From positions 1-48,431 of the forward strand of contig JALAGF010003322.1 of the NCBI GenBank assembly GCA_030167865.1: a DNA stretch of 48,431 nucleotides. The letters run 5' to 3'. The notes beneath the pieces are model-generated. The model did no database searches. It had not been told where the DNA came from and worked only from the letters and a program-made list of their open reading frames with translations. The stretch is from Craspedostauros australis. Its lineage: Eukaryota. Each line of letters begins with the position of its first letter. Position 1 is the first letter of the stretch. The translations under genes were made by a program, and so were the position numbers. Below, in pieces: positions 21,145 to 30,840 of the stretch.

Positions 21145-23691
21145 CTACCGTTTGTACGGTGTCATCGCCGACTCCAGGACTGGAATCAACTCCTTGACTC
21201 TATCATGAGGAAAGCAATTGTACGTCAGTGGCGTTCCTTCCGGTATCGTCGATGTGGAAGAGCCGCCGTACGGGATGCCGACCGGGCACTTCTTCTTGCC
21301 AAGCCCTTCCGCATCGCAGTTCTGCTCCCAACCAAACGTCGCGCGTGGATGCGTCGTTTTTGCGTGCAATAGGAAGGCATCCCGAAGTTCATCCACACGT
21401 CGTTCGAATGGTGAAGGCTGCACGAAGTTGGGCATCTTTCCGTCGGGATGGTTCAGCAGATTCCTCGTGACCGTCGAGTAGTGGACGAAGTGATTCAACA
21501 GGAACTCCGGTCGGTAGATCTGCTTCTTGGCTCGCCATCCGTACTGCGGTTTGGGAAGTTGGGCGGTATCGCAATTGTACGTCTCCAGGAATGTCAACGT
21601 TGGATCTTTCGCCAAGCCTTGGCAGTCGTCTCGCTTGCTGTCACAGTGATCATGTTCATGCGACCCTTGGTAGGCATGCATCAAATTCCGATTCGGTTTG
21701 GCCCTGGTTTGGAAGAAGCTCAGAATCTGGGTGCGTGATGCAACGCCATGTTGCAAATAGTCTTTCAGATCCTTCCACCTGGAGTGCGGGATGAAGTACT
21801 CGTCGATATCTAAGAATGACATCCATGTTGTGGTGTGCCCGTATCGGACACGGCAACTGGCCTCGGCAGCGTACTGGCTGCTGCGCTCGCCGGGATTGGG
21901 ATGCATGGGGCGGTTGTTGTTGCAGATGCGATGGGGCCAGTGGATTCGGGTGACTTGCGATTTGGAGAATCGGTCGATGACGTCCTTCAAAGATAGTGTG
22001 TCTGTGCCGTTGTTGGCCTGGATATCCGGCTCCATTGAATTGTCGTAGATATAAATATGATCGAACTTGGCAATGTGCAATTGGAATGTCAGCCACTCGA
22101 GCAATCGTTCCGCGTTGGATTCGTCAACATTCTCGTTGCCCCTCGTCTGGAAGGTGGATGACGCCCATACGCAGCCAACGAGTGTGTATCGTTTCTTGCT
22201 GTTTTCGTCCACTTGTGATGTCTTTCCCAGTGCTGTTGTTCGCGCTGCCCTTACTGTCGATGCTGTTTCTGCTGCTGACGATGATGGAGCCGCAGATCTC
22301 ACAGGACATAACGGAATGTTTGCCCAGCGACCGCTGTCCTCGATCTTGGGGATGTTCCAATCGAACGCCCATTCTGTGACCGGATCAAATGAATGCGGCA
22401 ACGTGTCCTGAGGAAAGTAGCCAGATTTGTGCAACCGAGCAGGAGTTCGAATGGGAACGACGTCGACGTAGATGCTGGGAATTCCATCGATAACACTCGC
22501 ACCAAGCAAACCTTGGACCGAATCCGGAATCGGACATCTGAAATGGAGGTTGGAGTTCCAAATGTGATCGTTATGCGCCGTGCCGTCACTCAAAGGATCA
22601 TCCGGATACGTGAGCATTCCGACCTTTCCTGGTTTCCGCGCATGTGCGTGCTCGTAGTTGTAAGGGTAGACGCTGAGCGTTTCTCCCAAGGTTTCTGTCG
22701 ACGCACCATCGGATGTGGATGGCTTCAGACGATGGAATTTGCAAATGAATCGGGTCTCGCGTCCGTCCTCATCGGCATCTTCGAGCGTGCTGAGCCCGTA
22801 GCGTATGGACGGCCCATCAAGATCGTTGTCGTTGGTCGTCACGATTTTCTTCACCGGCACACTCTGTAGCAACGCCACTTGCGGTTCCAAATGGATCATG
22901 TCCACCATGGAATGTTTGGGATGCGTGCGACACCGCCGTCGGTTCTGAGCGATGAACTCCACAAATGGACCTGCGACGAACGCATCATGTATCCAAGGCA
23001 GCCATGGATCGAGATCGATGGGACTGCAGCAGGCGGCGTACTCGTGCCGTGCATCGTAGAGAAGAGGCGTGGCAAACTTGCTGCCCAACATGCCGTACTT
23101 GTCATCCAAGTCCTGCGTATGGTCCACGGGGAACGAAGTTTGCAGTTCGCTGCACGTGCACTGTTCTCGCCGGCGCTTGTATTCGTAGACTTTCAGATCC
23201 TGTGCTCGAGCATGACTGCGATCGAATGTGCGCTGTGTGCCGTTTCTCGCATTGGGCGGAAAGGGCCGAGAGATGGGTTGCGGTGGTTCCACGTACGCTG
23301 TGATCGGCAGTACGGGTTGTCCACGGGTTGCTTGCAAGTACTTTCGAGGGTCGAAGGATGATGCTGCTGCTGCAGTAGTGATGGGAGCATCTGCCTGGTG
23401 CTGGTGAATAGTCTTCTGTGGCGCATCGACTTTGGCGTCGCCATCGTGATCGTGGCCATCATGTGACAGCATCAAGCCGTGCAGCTTCATTGGGACGCCA
23501 TCTCCGTGGATCTTCACCCCAAAGTAGAATGACATGCACAAGCACATGACAACCATTCCTCCGATGATGCGGACAGCGTTGTTTGGGATGCATCTTGGAC
23601 GTTGTCTCCTGAGAATTCGTCGGTGCGATTTGGTTGCTCTTCCGCCAGTGGCTGATGACTTCGAATAGCTGTGCGATGCCTGCGCTGCCAT
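21145..23691 (-). CDS. Type II membrane glycosyltransferase, GT92/DUF23-like
   Basis: N-terminal basic tail plus one hydrophobic helix (IIGGMVVMCLCMSFYFGV); EWLTFQLHIAKFDHIYIYDN and a DxD motif in WMSFLDIDEY. Start uncertain (ORF open to 23859). Confidence 0.75.
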   Translation of the reverse strand: MAAQASHSYSKSSATGGRATKSHRRILRRQRPRCIPNNAVRIIGGMVVMCLCMSFYFGVKIHGDGVPMKLHGLMLSHDGHDHDGDAKVDAPQKTIHQHQADAPITTAAAASSFDPRKYLQATRGQPVLPITAYVEPPQPISRPFPPNARNGTQRTFDRSHARAQDLKVYEYKRRREQCTCSELQTSFPVDHTQDLDDKYGMLGSKFATPLLYDARHEYAACCSPIDLDPWLPWIHDAFVAGPFVEFIAQNRRRCRTHPKHSMVDMIHLEPQVALLQSVPVKKIVTTNDNDLDGPSIRYGLSTLEDADEDGRETRFICKFHRLKPSTSDGASTETLGETLSVYPYNYEHAHARKPGKVGMLTYPDDPLSDGTAHNDHIWNSNLHFRCPIPDSVQGLLGASVIDGIPSIYVDVVPIRTPARLHKSGYFPQDTLPHSFDPVTEWAFDWNIPKIEDSGRWANIPLCPVRSAAPSSSAAETASTVRAARTTALGKTSQVDENSKKRYTLVGCVWASSTFQTRGNENVDESNAERLLEWLTFQLHIAKFDHIYIYDNSMEPDIQANNGTDTLSLKDVIDRFSKSQVTRIHWPHRICNNNRPMHPNPGERSSQYAAEASCRVRYGHTTTWMSFLDIDEYFIPHSRWKDLKDYLQHGVASRTQILSFFQTRAKPNRNLMHAYQGSHEHDHCDSKRDDCQGLAKDPTLTFLETYNCDTAQLPKPQYGWRAKKQIYRPEFLLNHFVHYSTVTRNLLNHPDGKMPNFVQPSPFERRVDELRDAFLLHAKTTHPRATFGWEQNCDAEGLGKKKCPVGIPYGGSSTSTIPEGTPLTYNCFPHDRVKELIPVLESAMTPYKR

Positions 23692-24306
23692 GGTGACTGG
23701 AGCCAACGACGATGATGGCGGTGATGACGATGGCGAACGAGCGCTCGACGCATAATATTCTACTCGCAGAGTACTTGTATGCTCCTTTCCATTCTGCTCT
23801 GCGAGCGTGTACCAACACGGGCGTGTCTTTTCGATTGAATGGGACGGCAACCGTAGCAACTGTGGCAGGAACGTGGAGCTGGTCGACTGGGGGAAGCAGG
23901 GTACCCGATGGCATAGCCGTAATGATGAGGTGTTCCATCTGAAAGGAGGGCACCACCACCGGGGTTATGCAGAATTGGATCTTTTGTGGATCTTTTGTGC
24001 GTCAAGAATACAGAGTCGAATTGGTCGCCCAACGGTTCCTCTGCATTCGAGTTGTAGGCTGCATGATGAAAGAAGATGCCATCAACGAACCCGCATCAAA
24101 GACTAAGATGAGGATGCTCGAGTCTTCTTCTTGTGAGCACCGGGCTGTACTAGAGGACATCGGAATACTGTGTATGCATCTTTACTTCATTACTTCTTTG
24201 ACCTTGTCGTGGCGTCTACTATTGTACACAATGGTTGAGTTGATGTGAGATTCGATGGAACGGTCACTCGATCCACCAACCAGCCTTGCAAATGCGCAAG
24301 AGAGGT

Positions 24307-25992
24307 TTACGCACAGAAGTCCGTCGCCGTGCTGGGACATGTACCACTGTCCGCGATCGTGAAGGTCTCACCCGGCAGACAGAAGCCGACGGGGGTGGCG
24401 GTGCGGGCTCCGCACTGTGCGCATTCGCTAGCTGCCGTGCAAACAGCGTTGCCCAGGACGACGTTGGAGTCGAAGTTTGCGCTGTAGGCGAACTCGTCGC
24501 ACGAATTGGCGGCGACGCAGGTTCCATCGCCGATGGTGACATCACCCGAGAGCTGGTCGTATCGCATGTAGACACCTGGCGATGTTTCAACACCGAAGTA
24601 GGAGTTCAGCGCAGTGCAGCTATCGTTGGCGACGCACGAATTTCTGCCGATCGTGATGTCGGAGACGCGCTTGGTGGAAGCTGGCACGGACATGGCGTAG
24701 TATCCGTTGCCAGCTCCCAGGTAGCTGCAGGCCTCGTCGCCGTTGCACGATCCTTCGCTGATCAGCACGGATCCGTTCGACGTAGAACCGGTGTAGTAGC
24801 AGCTCTGCAGAGATCCGCAGGCGTTGGGACCGATCGATGTGAAGACCGGGTTGGTGCCGGAGGAGTTGTAGTTCACACCATCGCAGCTGTCGACGGCGGT
24901 GCAGCTGTTCTGGAAGACGATCGAGCGCTCTTGCAGATTGCAGGCCGTAGAGACGGTGCAGCTGTTGCTTCCGATGGACGCAGTGCCTGACCACTGGCAC
25001 GGGTTGGTCGCGCCGGAGGGGCAGCAGGTGAGAGAGGCATCCGCCTGGCACTGGGCGATGATCTCTGCGGAAGTGCCGGTGAGAACGATGGCCGACTCAT
25101 CAGCCGCATCCTGAAACTGCTGAAGTCGTCCGGCGTCGGCCGCCACTGCGTCGAAGAGGGTCACTGCATCCGCGGTGGATGGCATGCTTGCGAAGATGTC
25201 CTGAAGATCTTCTCTGCCTGTGATCGTTGTGAGCAATGTCATGCAGTTGACATCAACGCCGCAGCTGATGGCGCTCAGGAAAGCGGTGCGCGGGAATGTC
25301 TCTGTGGGAGCCAGAGTTGGGTTGCTGGAAGGAGCACGGCTGCCTGTGGGAGCGGTGCTGCCGGTAGGTCTGGCGGTTGGAGCATCTGTCGGACTCCCTG
25401 TTGGCACTGCTGTTGGGCTGGACGATGGCAGCTCGGTGGGTGCATCGGTTGGGCTGATCGTTGGGATCTCGGTAGGTGAAGAACTTGGGCTGACAGTTGG
25501 AGCATCGGTGGGTGCCGATGTCGGTGGTTCAGGTGCCTGCGTGGCCTTTTGGAACTTAGCCTTGCTCTGCTTGGACTCTGACGATGCTGACGACACGGAT
25601 GATGCCGATACGTCATTGACTGATGAGCTCTTTGGCGTCTTTGTCGTGGCCTTGCCTTCCTTCGGCGACTTCGTGGCCAATCCGATCGTCTTGTCACTGT
25701 CCTTCTTCTTGGCTCTTCGGTTGGCCTTGTGCGCGTTGGCTGTGAAGGACACAGGGATGTCCATATCCTCTTCAAAGCTCAGCTGGGATCCGAAGAAGCT
25801 CCATGGCGTCTTGCTCGCAAAGCGGTAGGCAGCCTCGGCTCGGTCCTTGCTCTTGTTACGGTTTCTGCCAGTGCTGGTGGTGATACTCTGCGATCCCGAA
25901 TGCACGAGCTCTTCTTCGGATGCAACGGCCAAAGTCGTGAGCTGGGTCAGGAGGATGGAGTTGAGGATGTTGGAATTGACACGGAACTTCAT
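24307..25992 (-). CDS. Secreted mucin-like (PTS-rich) protein with Lys-rich segment and Cys-rich repeat domain
   Basis: Signal peptide (ILLTQLTTLAVA), KxxK-rich stretch, tandem PTxxPT repeats, seven G-x-x-S-C-x5-C-like repeats. Confidence 0.8.
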   Translation of the reverse strand: MKFRVNSNILNSILLTQLTTLAVASEEELVHSGSQSITTSTGRNRNKSKDRAEAAYRFASKTPWSFFGSQLSFEEDMDIPVSFTANAHKANRRAKKKDSDKTIGLATKSPKEGKATTKTPKSSSVNDVSASSVSSASSESKQSKAKFQKATQAPEPPTSAPTDAPTVSPSSSPTEIPTISPTDAPTELPSSSPTAVPTGSPTDAPTARPTGSTAPTGSRAPSSNPTLAPTETFPRTAFLSAISCGVDVNCMTLLTTITGREDLQDIFASMPSTADAVTLFDAVAADAGRLQQFQDAADESAIVLTGTSAEIIAQCQADASLTCCPSGATNPCQWSGTASIGSNSCTVSTACNLQERSIVFQNSCTAVDSCDGVNYNSSGTNPVFTSIGPNACGSLQSCYYTGSTSNGSVLISEGSCNGDEACSYLGAGNGYYAMSVPASTKRVSDITIGRNSCVANDSCTALNSYFGVETSPGVYMRYDQLSGDVTIGDGTCVAANSCDEFAYSANFDSNVVLGNAVCTAASECAQCGARTATPVGFCLPGETFTIADSGTCPSTATDFCA

Positions 25993-27099
25993 GGTGTCCG
26001 AGCTTGACGTGTTGTTACGAGTGCTTGCGGGTGCCTATGCGCACGAGTACGAATGTGTAATTGTATGGGGTGACCGAATGAGGGTGGCTGTTTGTTTGTG
26101 AGGTGCGCTTTTGCGATGTGTGGATTTGCTGCTTGTCTCGTTGAATGATCTTCAGATATGATTTTGTGAGAATGAGGTGTCCTCCCATGTCTCAAATCCA
26201 TCGACAGGACGAGAAAGCGACCGTTGGAATGGCGACCGCTATTACAATTACTATCCAGCGAAACCAACGCTACAAGACCGCTACTCTTACGGTCACCATC
26301 ATGGTGGTGCCTGGTGCACTCCTCAAGATCATGTCGCCGAAGGTTTGGGTGCTGTGGCCGAAAATAGTTTGTGAGATGCCCAAATTTTGTGTCGCGTCTG
26401 TTGGGATGGTGGAATGTGACGTTGGCGTGGCCGATCTTCGCTTGTGTTGGTCGACCGTTGAAATCGAAATCGATGATATCCACGACTAAGAATTCGAGGC
26501 ACCAATCGTGGGAAACTAACATCAACAGAACCGATCCTTCTCGTTTTGCGTCGCGGAAACATCAACTTTGGATGATGGGCGCTCTCTGCCAGAAATGTTC
26601 AGAGTGCGGCAGCGGAGGCGGTGGTGACAGTGATGGGGTTGAGATCCAAACGAGTCGGTCAGATGCTCTGCAGATGATGCCTTTCTTTGAGATCAGTAGC
26701 AACCAGTTCTGAAGCGGCGAAAGACCATTATGGTCGGGCTCTTTTCCTTTTCTATAGGTGAGAAATGTTAATGTTCTGCCCTGCCTTGGAAGTACTTCAG
26801 AGTTTGGAAGTCTCAATGTTCTACGCTATTCCACTCAACCACGCTCGCGTACCGGCACGAGGATGAGAATGGCTATTTCTTTTGCTGACGACGGATGATG
26901 CGTACGTTGGTTCCATCTCTCCAATGTGGACAGAGCCAGCGTCGACTTGCGTTCATTCAACCATCATCGACTTCGAAGACACAGCCGTCGTGCAGCAATC
27001 ATCTCGTCACTCATCGACTCACTTTGCCACGTTCATGCAAACACCATGCTCACATGAACATCCCCGCTCTCGGTACTCGTACATATTTCATATTATGCA

Positions 27100-28029
27100 A
27101 TGTTACAATACCAAACGCGAAAAGAAGAACAAGCCCAAACCATCACCCGCGACCAGATCCTCGCGGCTGTGCAACAGGGCGACACGCAAACTGTGCAACG
27201 ATGGATGAGCCAAGTCACGAAACGAGCATCGCACCAATCGCATGCCAAGCGAAGGATGCGAATCGATCCCATCAACGCGGCAGTCTATGATGGCAAATCG
27301 TTGCTGCACCACGCTTGCGGTAGCGGTCATGTGGAGATCATCGACTGCGTTGTCTCATCGAACGCAGCAAACATAGAAGTGACTGATAACAAATGTCATA
27401 CCCCGTTGGGATACGCATGCCTCCATGGCCATTTGGAAGCTGTGAAGTACCTCATGATGCGCACTGACGCGAACATCAATCGACGTGGCGGTGACGGTTC
27501 CACGCCTTTGGATCTGGCGTGCTTCGCTGGGAAGACAGACGTTGTGAAGTTCCTGATGGGCTGTGGGAAGGTCGACATGAGCGTGTTCGCTCAGAGGAGA
27601 GATACGCCATTGCATCAAGCCTGTTTGGGAGGTGATTTGGGAACGGTGCAGTGGTTGATTACGCAGGATGGTGTCGACATCAATGTTCGAGACGATGATA
27701 ATTTCACGCCATTCCAGTACGCGTGTCAGGAGAATCATGTGGATGTGGTCAAACATCTCCTCTGCGTTGGCAGCGTGGACGTGAACATGCGTGACGATGA
27801 TGGCGAATCTGTGCTGCATGACGCATGTCGTCACGGGTACATCGAGCTCGTGCGGTGTCTGCTCAAAGCTGATGGTATTGATGTCAACCTACGGAACGTC
27901 GAGGGCAAGACCCCGATCAGTATTGCACGCCAAAACGAAAACGTGGAGATCATTGGCTACCTCCTTGCATCTGGCAGAGTCCAGAATCTCAAGACAGCGA
28001 CACGGAACACCACAGAAGCGTGGCGGTGA
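27100..28029 (+). CDS. Ankyrin repeat protein (about 7 repeats)
   Basis: Repeated TPLHxAC..G...V.xL units of about 34 aa (GKSLLHHAC, HTPLGYAC, STPLDLAC, DTPLHQAC, FTPFQYAC, ESVLHDAC, KTPISIAR). Confidence 0.9.
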   Translation: MLQYQTRKEEQAQTITRDQILAAVQQGDTQTVQRWMSQVTKRASHQSHAKRRMRIDPINAAVYDGKSLLHHACGSGHVEIIDCVVSSNAANIEVTDNKCHTPLGYACLHGHLEAVKYLMMRTDANINRRGGDGSTPLDLACFAGKTDVVKFLMGCGKVDMSVFAQRRDTPLHQACLGGDLGTVQWLITQDGVDINVRDDDNFTPFQYACQENHVDVVKHLLCVGSVDVNMRDDDGESVLHDACRHGYIELVRCLLKADGIDVNLRNVEGKTPISIARQNENVEIIGYLLASGRVQNLKTATRNTTEAWR

Positions 28030-28262
28030 TCGGAAAAGTCTCTCGAGCGTCACATTTTCTGATGCTAGCCACTTTCTCTCTCTCGGATCGAAATAATTCA
28101 TATACAATCATGAGTATTCAAAGATTGCTCTATTGGATATGCTTGCCTCTGCTGGTCTGATGTACCCTCTTTCTCTCTGCAGAGAGAAGCGTCGAGAATT
28201 TTATTCCGTCTCATTCGAAGATACTACCGAAGGGACTCCGCCTCCGCCTCTTCTTTTGTCTT

Positions 28263-28838
28263 CTAAGTTCTGAGTGTATCACCGCCACCTCTGTTGCCGT
28301 CGAGACCGTCAACCTTCGTTTTCATCTCCCGAACGCACAGCTTGCACTGCAACTCCACCCCAAGCATCTTATCCCGACCTTCCTTGGTGGTGACCCATGG
28401 GCGTTCGGTCATTGGCGGATCGTGCCGCACATGCTGAGAGTGACCGCATCGCAACTTGGCGACCCAATGCTGTTCTTCATCCTGGAAGTAGCCCACGATG
28501 GGTTGTAGCTTGGCTATTTCGTTAGATGATACTGCCCCATCGGACGACGACGACGACGATGATAGCCACGAGGAAAGAAATCGCCGTCGTTGCGGCTTGC
28601 TTTTCGCACCATCATTCTCTCTGTTGAGCTTGTCGGTATTGTTCTTGTCTTGCATTGCCCGAAAGGTGCTGTACTGATAGCCCACCATGCGTGCGCAGGA
28701 CGCCGTGCCATGGGACCAGCACGAAGACGGGACCCTCGCCAATGCAGATGGGAGGATACCTGTCACTCTTGAGCTCGCCATCAACGCTGTGATGGCCAAC
28801 ATCGCAATCAGACGGAACTTTGAATGGACACAAGTCAT
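28263..28838 (-). CDS. DUF3565-like small Cys/His domain protein with N-terminal targeting sequence
   Basis: C-terminal IVGYFQDEEQHWVAKLRCGHSQHVRHDPPMTERPWVTTKEGRDKMLGVELQCKLC matches the bacterial DUF3565 pattern as I recall it; hydrophobic N-terminus LIAMLAITALMAS. Confidence 0.75.
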   Translation of the reverse strand: MTCVHSKFRLIAMLAITALMASSRVTGILPSALARVPSSCWSHGTASCARMVGYQYSTFRAMQDKNNTDKLNRENDGAKSKPQRRRFLSSWLSSSSSSSDGAVSSNEIAKLQPIVGYFQDEEQHWVAKLRCGHSQHVRHDPPMTERPWVTTKEGRDKMLGVELQCKLCVREMKTKVDGLDGNRGGGDTLRT

Positions 28839-29121
28839 CGCTTTGGTTGCAGGCTCTGTTGGTTCCTTTCGCAGACTTGATGTGAGTTTTGGAAATGTAT
28901 GGTGAAAATGGAAAGCTGTTGTGGTCGTTCCTCTTGTTGTTGTTGTTGCGTTTCTCGTGCAAATGGGAGTGTGAGTCCCCGTCAACGTCGTCGTTGCGCT
29001 TGAAGGTTGCGGATCTGGTGCGGCTGCGGGTTCTTTCTCTCCTTTCTTCCTCTCTCTGTGTGAAGCCTTTGTGACACAAATGTTCCTCCACTCTCAGTGA
29101 TGACAAAGGCAGAGTTCTCTT

Positions 29122-29259
29122 TGTTGGTATACGGTCGAAGGCCAGACGGAGCAGCAAATGAACCCCTGTTCACAGCCTCAGCAGAGACAACAGAGACGAG
29201 TCATAATAACTTCACATCACACACACACACACTACTCGTATCGTCTCCCGATCATCACA
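29122..29259 (+). repeat. 5' LTR
   Basis: TGTTGGTATACGG...CGATCATCACA, identical by eye to 33913-34050; contains a (CA)n tract. Confidence 0.97.
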
Positions 29260-29268
29260 GGTTATGAG
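29260..29268 (+). promoter_or_regulatory. Primer-binding site, half-tRNA-Met type (GGTTATGAG)
   Basis: Immediately follows the LTR; complementary to the CUCAUAACC anticodon arm of tRNA-Met, as in Ty5/copia half-tRNA priming. Confidence 0.75.
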
Positions 29269-29398
29269 GAAATACGCTTATACTATATAAGACAATCCCC
29301 ATTGCTTCGTCACCCTCTCTGTATTTTGGAAATCCCCATCCAAACGCAGCTCATCTCATCTCTCTCTTCGCTCAACGCCTCGTTCCATCGCCGCCATC

Positions 29399-30817
29399 AT
29401 GCCCACCAGTGACAACCCCGACAAAACTCCGTTCCACGACACAGAGGAACTCTTCCGTCGCCTCAACTGGACATGGCTCACTGACTTTTCCAAGCATTCC
29501 AAAATCACCTCTGATGGTGAATTTGCTGACTTCCTCGATACCTCTGACGAGGAGTTCGAGGCTGTCTTGGACGGCTGGAAGTCTGGCTCCATCACTCGTT
29601 GTTTCGAGCTCCGCAATCTTCGCGCATACGCGGAAGCGAACCCTGATTTCGACGCATGGTTCACCACACTGGAACGCCCTGTACTCCGCGCATTCGGCAA
29701 GGCCAAAAAGCCTCCCGCTGTTCGCGACAAGTCTTCCCCTGAAGCCCGTGGTGCCTCTGGTACCCTTGTATCTGGCGGTACCACCGACAATGCCCGTCCC
29801 TCCGAACATGGTGATGCCTCTACACCCCGCGGTGACACGCCCATTGCAACCGCAGGCTGTGGTGTTGGCACCAGTGATGCTCCTCTTGATGTTGGTGAAG
29901 AACCAGCGCCTGCCGTCGACTTCATCATTGGCTCTGGCCTTACCTGCGCTGTGGCACGCAACAACCCTGCCACTCTCCCTCATTTTCACTTCGAAGAGGT
30001 TCCCATGGCCATGGAGCCCTCGTATGCCGCCATTGGCTACTGGCAGCGCTGGGAACTGAAGCTTGCTGGGGACGCGCCCGCTGGAGTACTCAAGTGGTAC
30101 ACACAGCTCCAAGCCGAGGCTGCTGGTGTGGACATCCACATCTGTCCGCTTTCCGCGTTCAGTCTGCAGTGCTCCATCATTCCGCGCAACACTTCACGCG
30201 AGCGTGTCATCCGCGCTGGCAAGTGGCTGAACAAGAAATTGCAACAGAAGGACATCCTCGATCTGGACGACCCTGCCATCTCCCTATTCTATTCTGGGAC
30301 TTTTGGCATGTCGCCACACCATTTGTCATCCTTCCTTTTCCTTCATCAAGTGCTCTCCGACACGTACATGCGTGTTGCCAACGCCGTGAGTCAAGCACCT
30401 GAGTATGGCAATTTGCAAGACGTCATCAAGTTCGCCACGGCATTATTAGAGTTCCAACAGACCGAGAGCGTTGTTCACCGTCGCACGATCACTGATGTGG
30501 AGCTCTCCCGCCGATTCCTCGAAGGTCTTCGTTCTCACCACATGCCTGTGGAGCACCACATCACGTCTCTGTCCCTGGTGCCAGGCAACAAGCGCGTACC
30601 TCCTCACCTACACGTGTCGGCTCTTGCCCGTACCATCAGAGGCGATCCCACTGCCTCTACGTCCAATGCTGGCCACCATGCGGGCACGGTTGCCAGGGCT
30701 GTTGCACTTGTCCATCAAGGACGTGACTTGGCAAGCAATGACAGCGACAGTGACGGCGATGACGAGCGTACAGCGCAGATCCTTTTCCAGGATTTTCTTC
30801 TCGCCGGCCGGAAGTAG
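29399..30817 (+). CDS. gag: Retrotransposon Gag-like ORF1
   Basis: 472-aa ORF located between the PBS and pol; assigned by position, no CCHC knuckle seen. Confidence 0.75.
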   Translation: MPTSDNPDKTPFHDTEELFRRLNWTWLTDFSKHSKITSDGEFADFLDTSDEEFEAVLDGWKSGSITRCFELRNLRAYAEANPDFDAWFTTLERPVLRAFGKAKKPPAVRDKSSPEARGASGTLVSGGTTDNARPSEHGDASTPRGDTPIATAGCGVGTSDAPLDVGEEPAPAVDFIIGSGLTCAVARNNPATLPHFHFEEVPMAMEPSYAAIGYWQRWELKLAGDAPAGVLKWYTQLQAEAAGVDIHICPLSAFSLQCSIIPRNTSRERVIRAGKWLNKKLQQKDILDLDDPAISLFYSGTFGMSPHHLSSFLFLHQVLSDTYMRVANAVSQAPEYGNLQDVIKFATALLEFQQTESVVHRRTITDVELSRRFLEGLRSHHMPVEHHITSLSLVPGNKRVPPHLHVSALARTIRGDPTASTSNAGHHAGTVARAVALVHQGRDLASNDSDSDGDDERTAQILFQDFLLAGRK

Positions 30818-30840
30818 AGCAGCTCTCCGGTGAACGGCTA
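30790..30840 (+). promoter_or_regulatory. Putative -1 programmed ribosomal frameshift signal (G GAT TTT + hairpin)
   Basis: Heptamer GGATTTT at 30790-30796 lies in the gag/pol overlap (pol frame open from 30763), followed by a 6-nt spacer and the inverted repeat GCCG-GCCGG..AGAG-CAG-CTCT-CCGGT..CGGC. Confidence 0.7.

Noticed and set aside
25290-25535. Periodic DNA repeats as a possible CRISPR-like array
   Set aside because: They are degenerate 12-nt coding repeats for PTxx units, with no constant repeat/unique spacer structure, in a eukaryotic context.
26100-27050. Short ORFs between the secreted protein and ankyrin genes
   Set aside because: No motifs, repeats or terminal inverted repeats that I could support; treated as divergent intergenic DNA.
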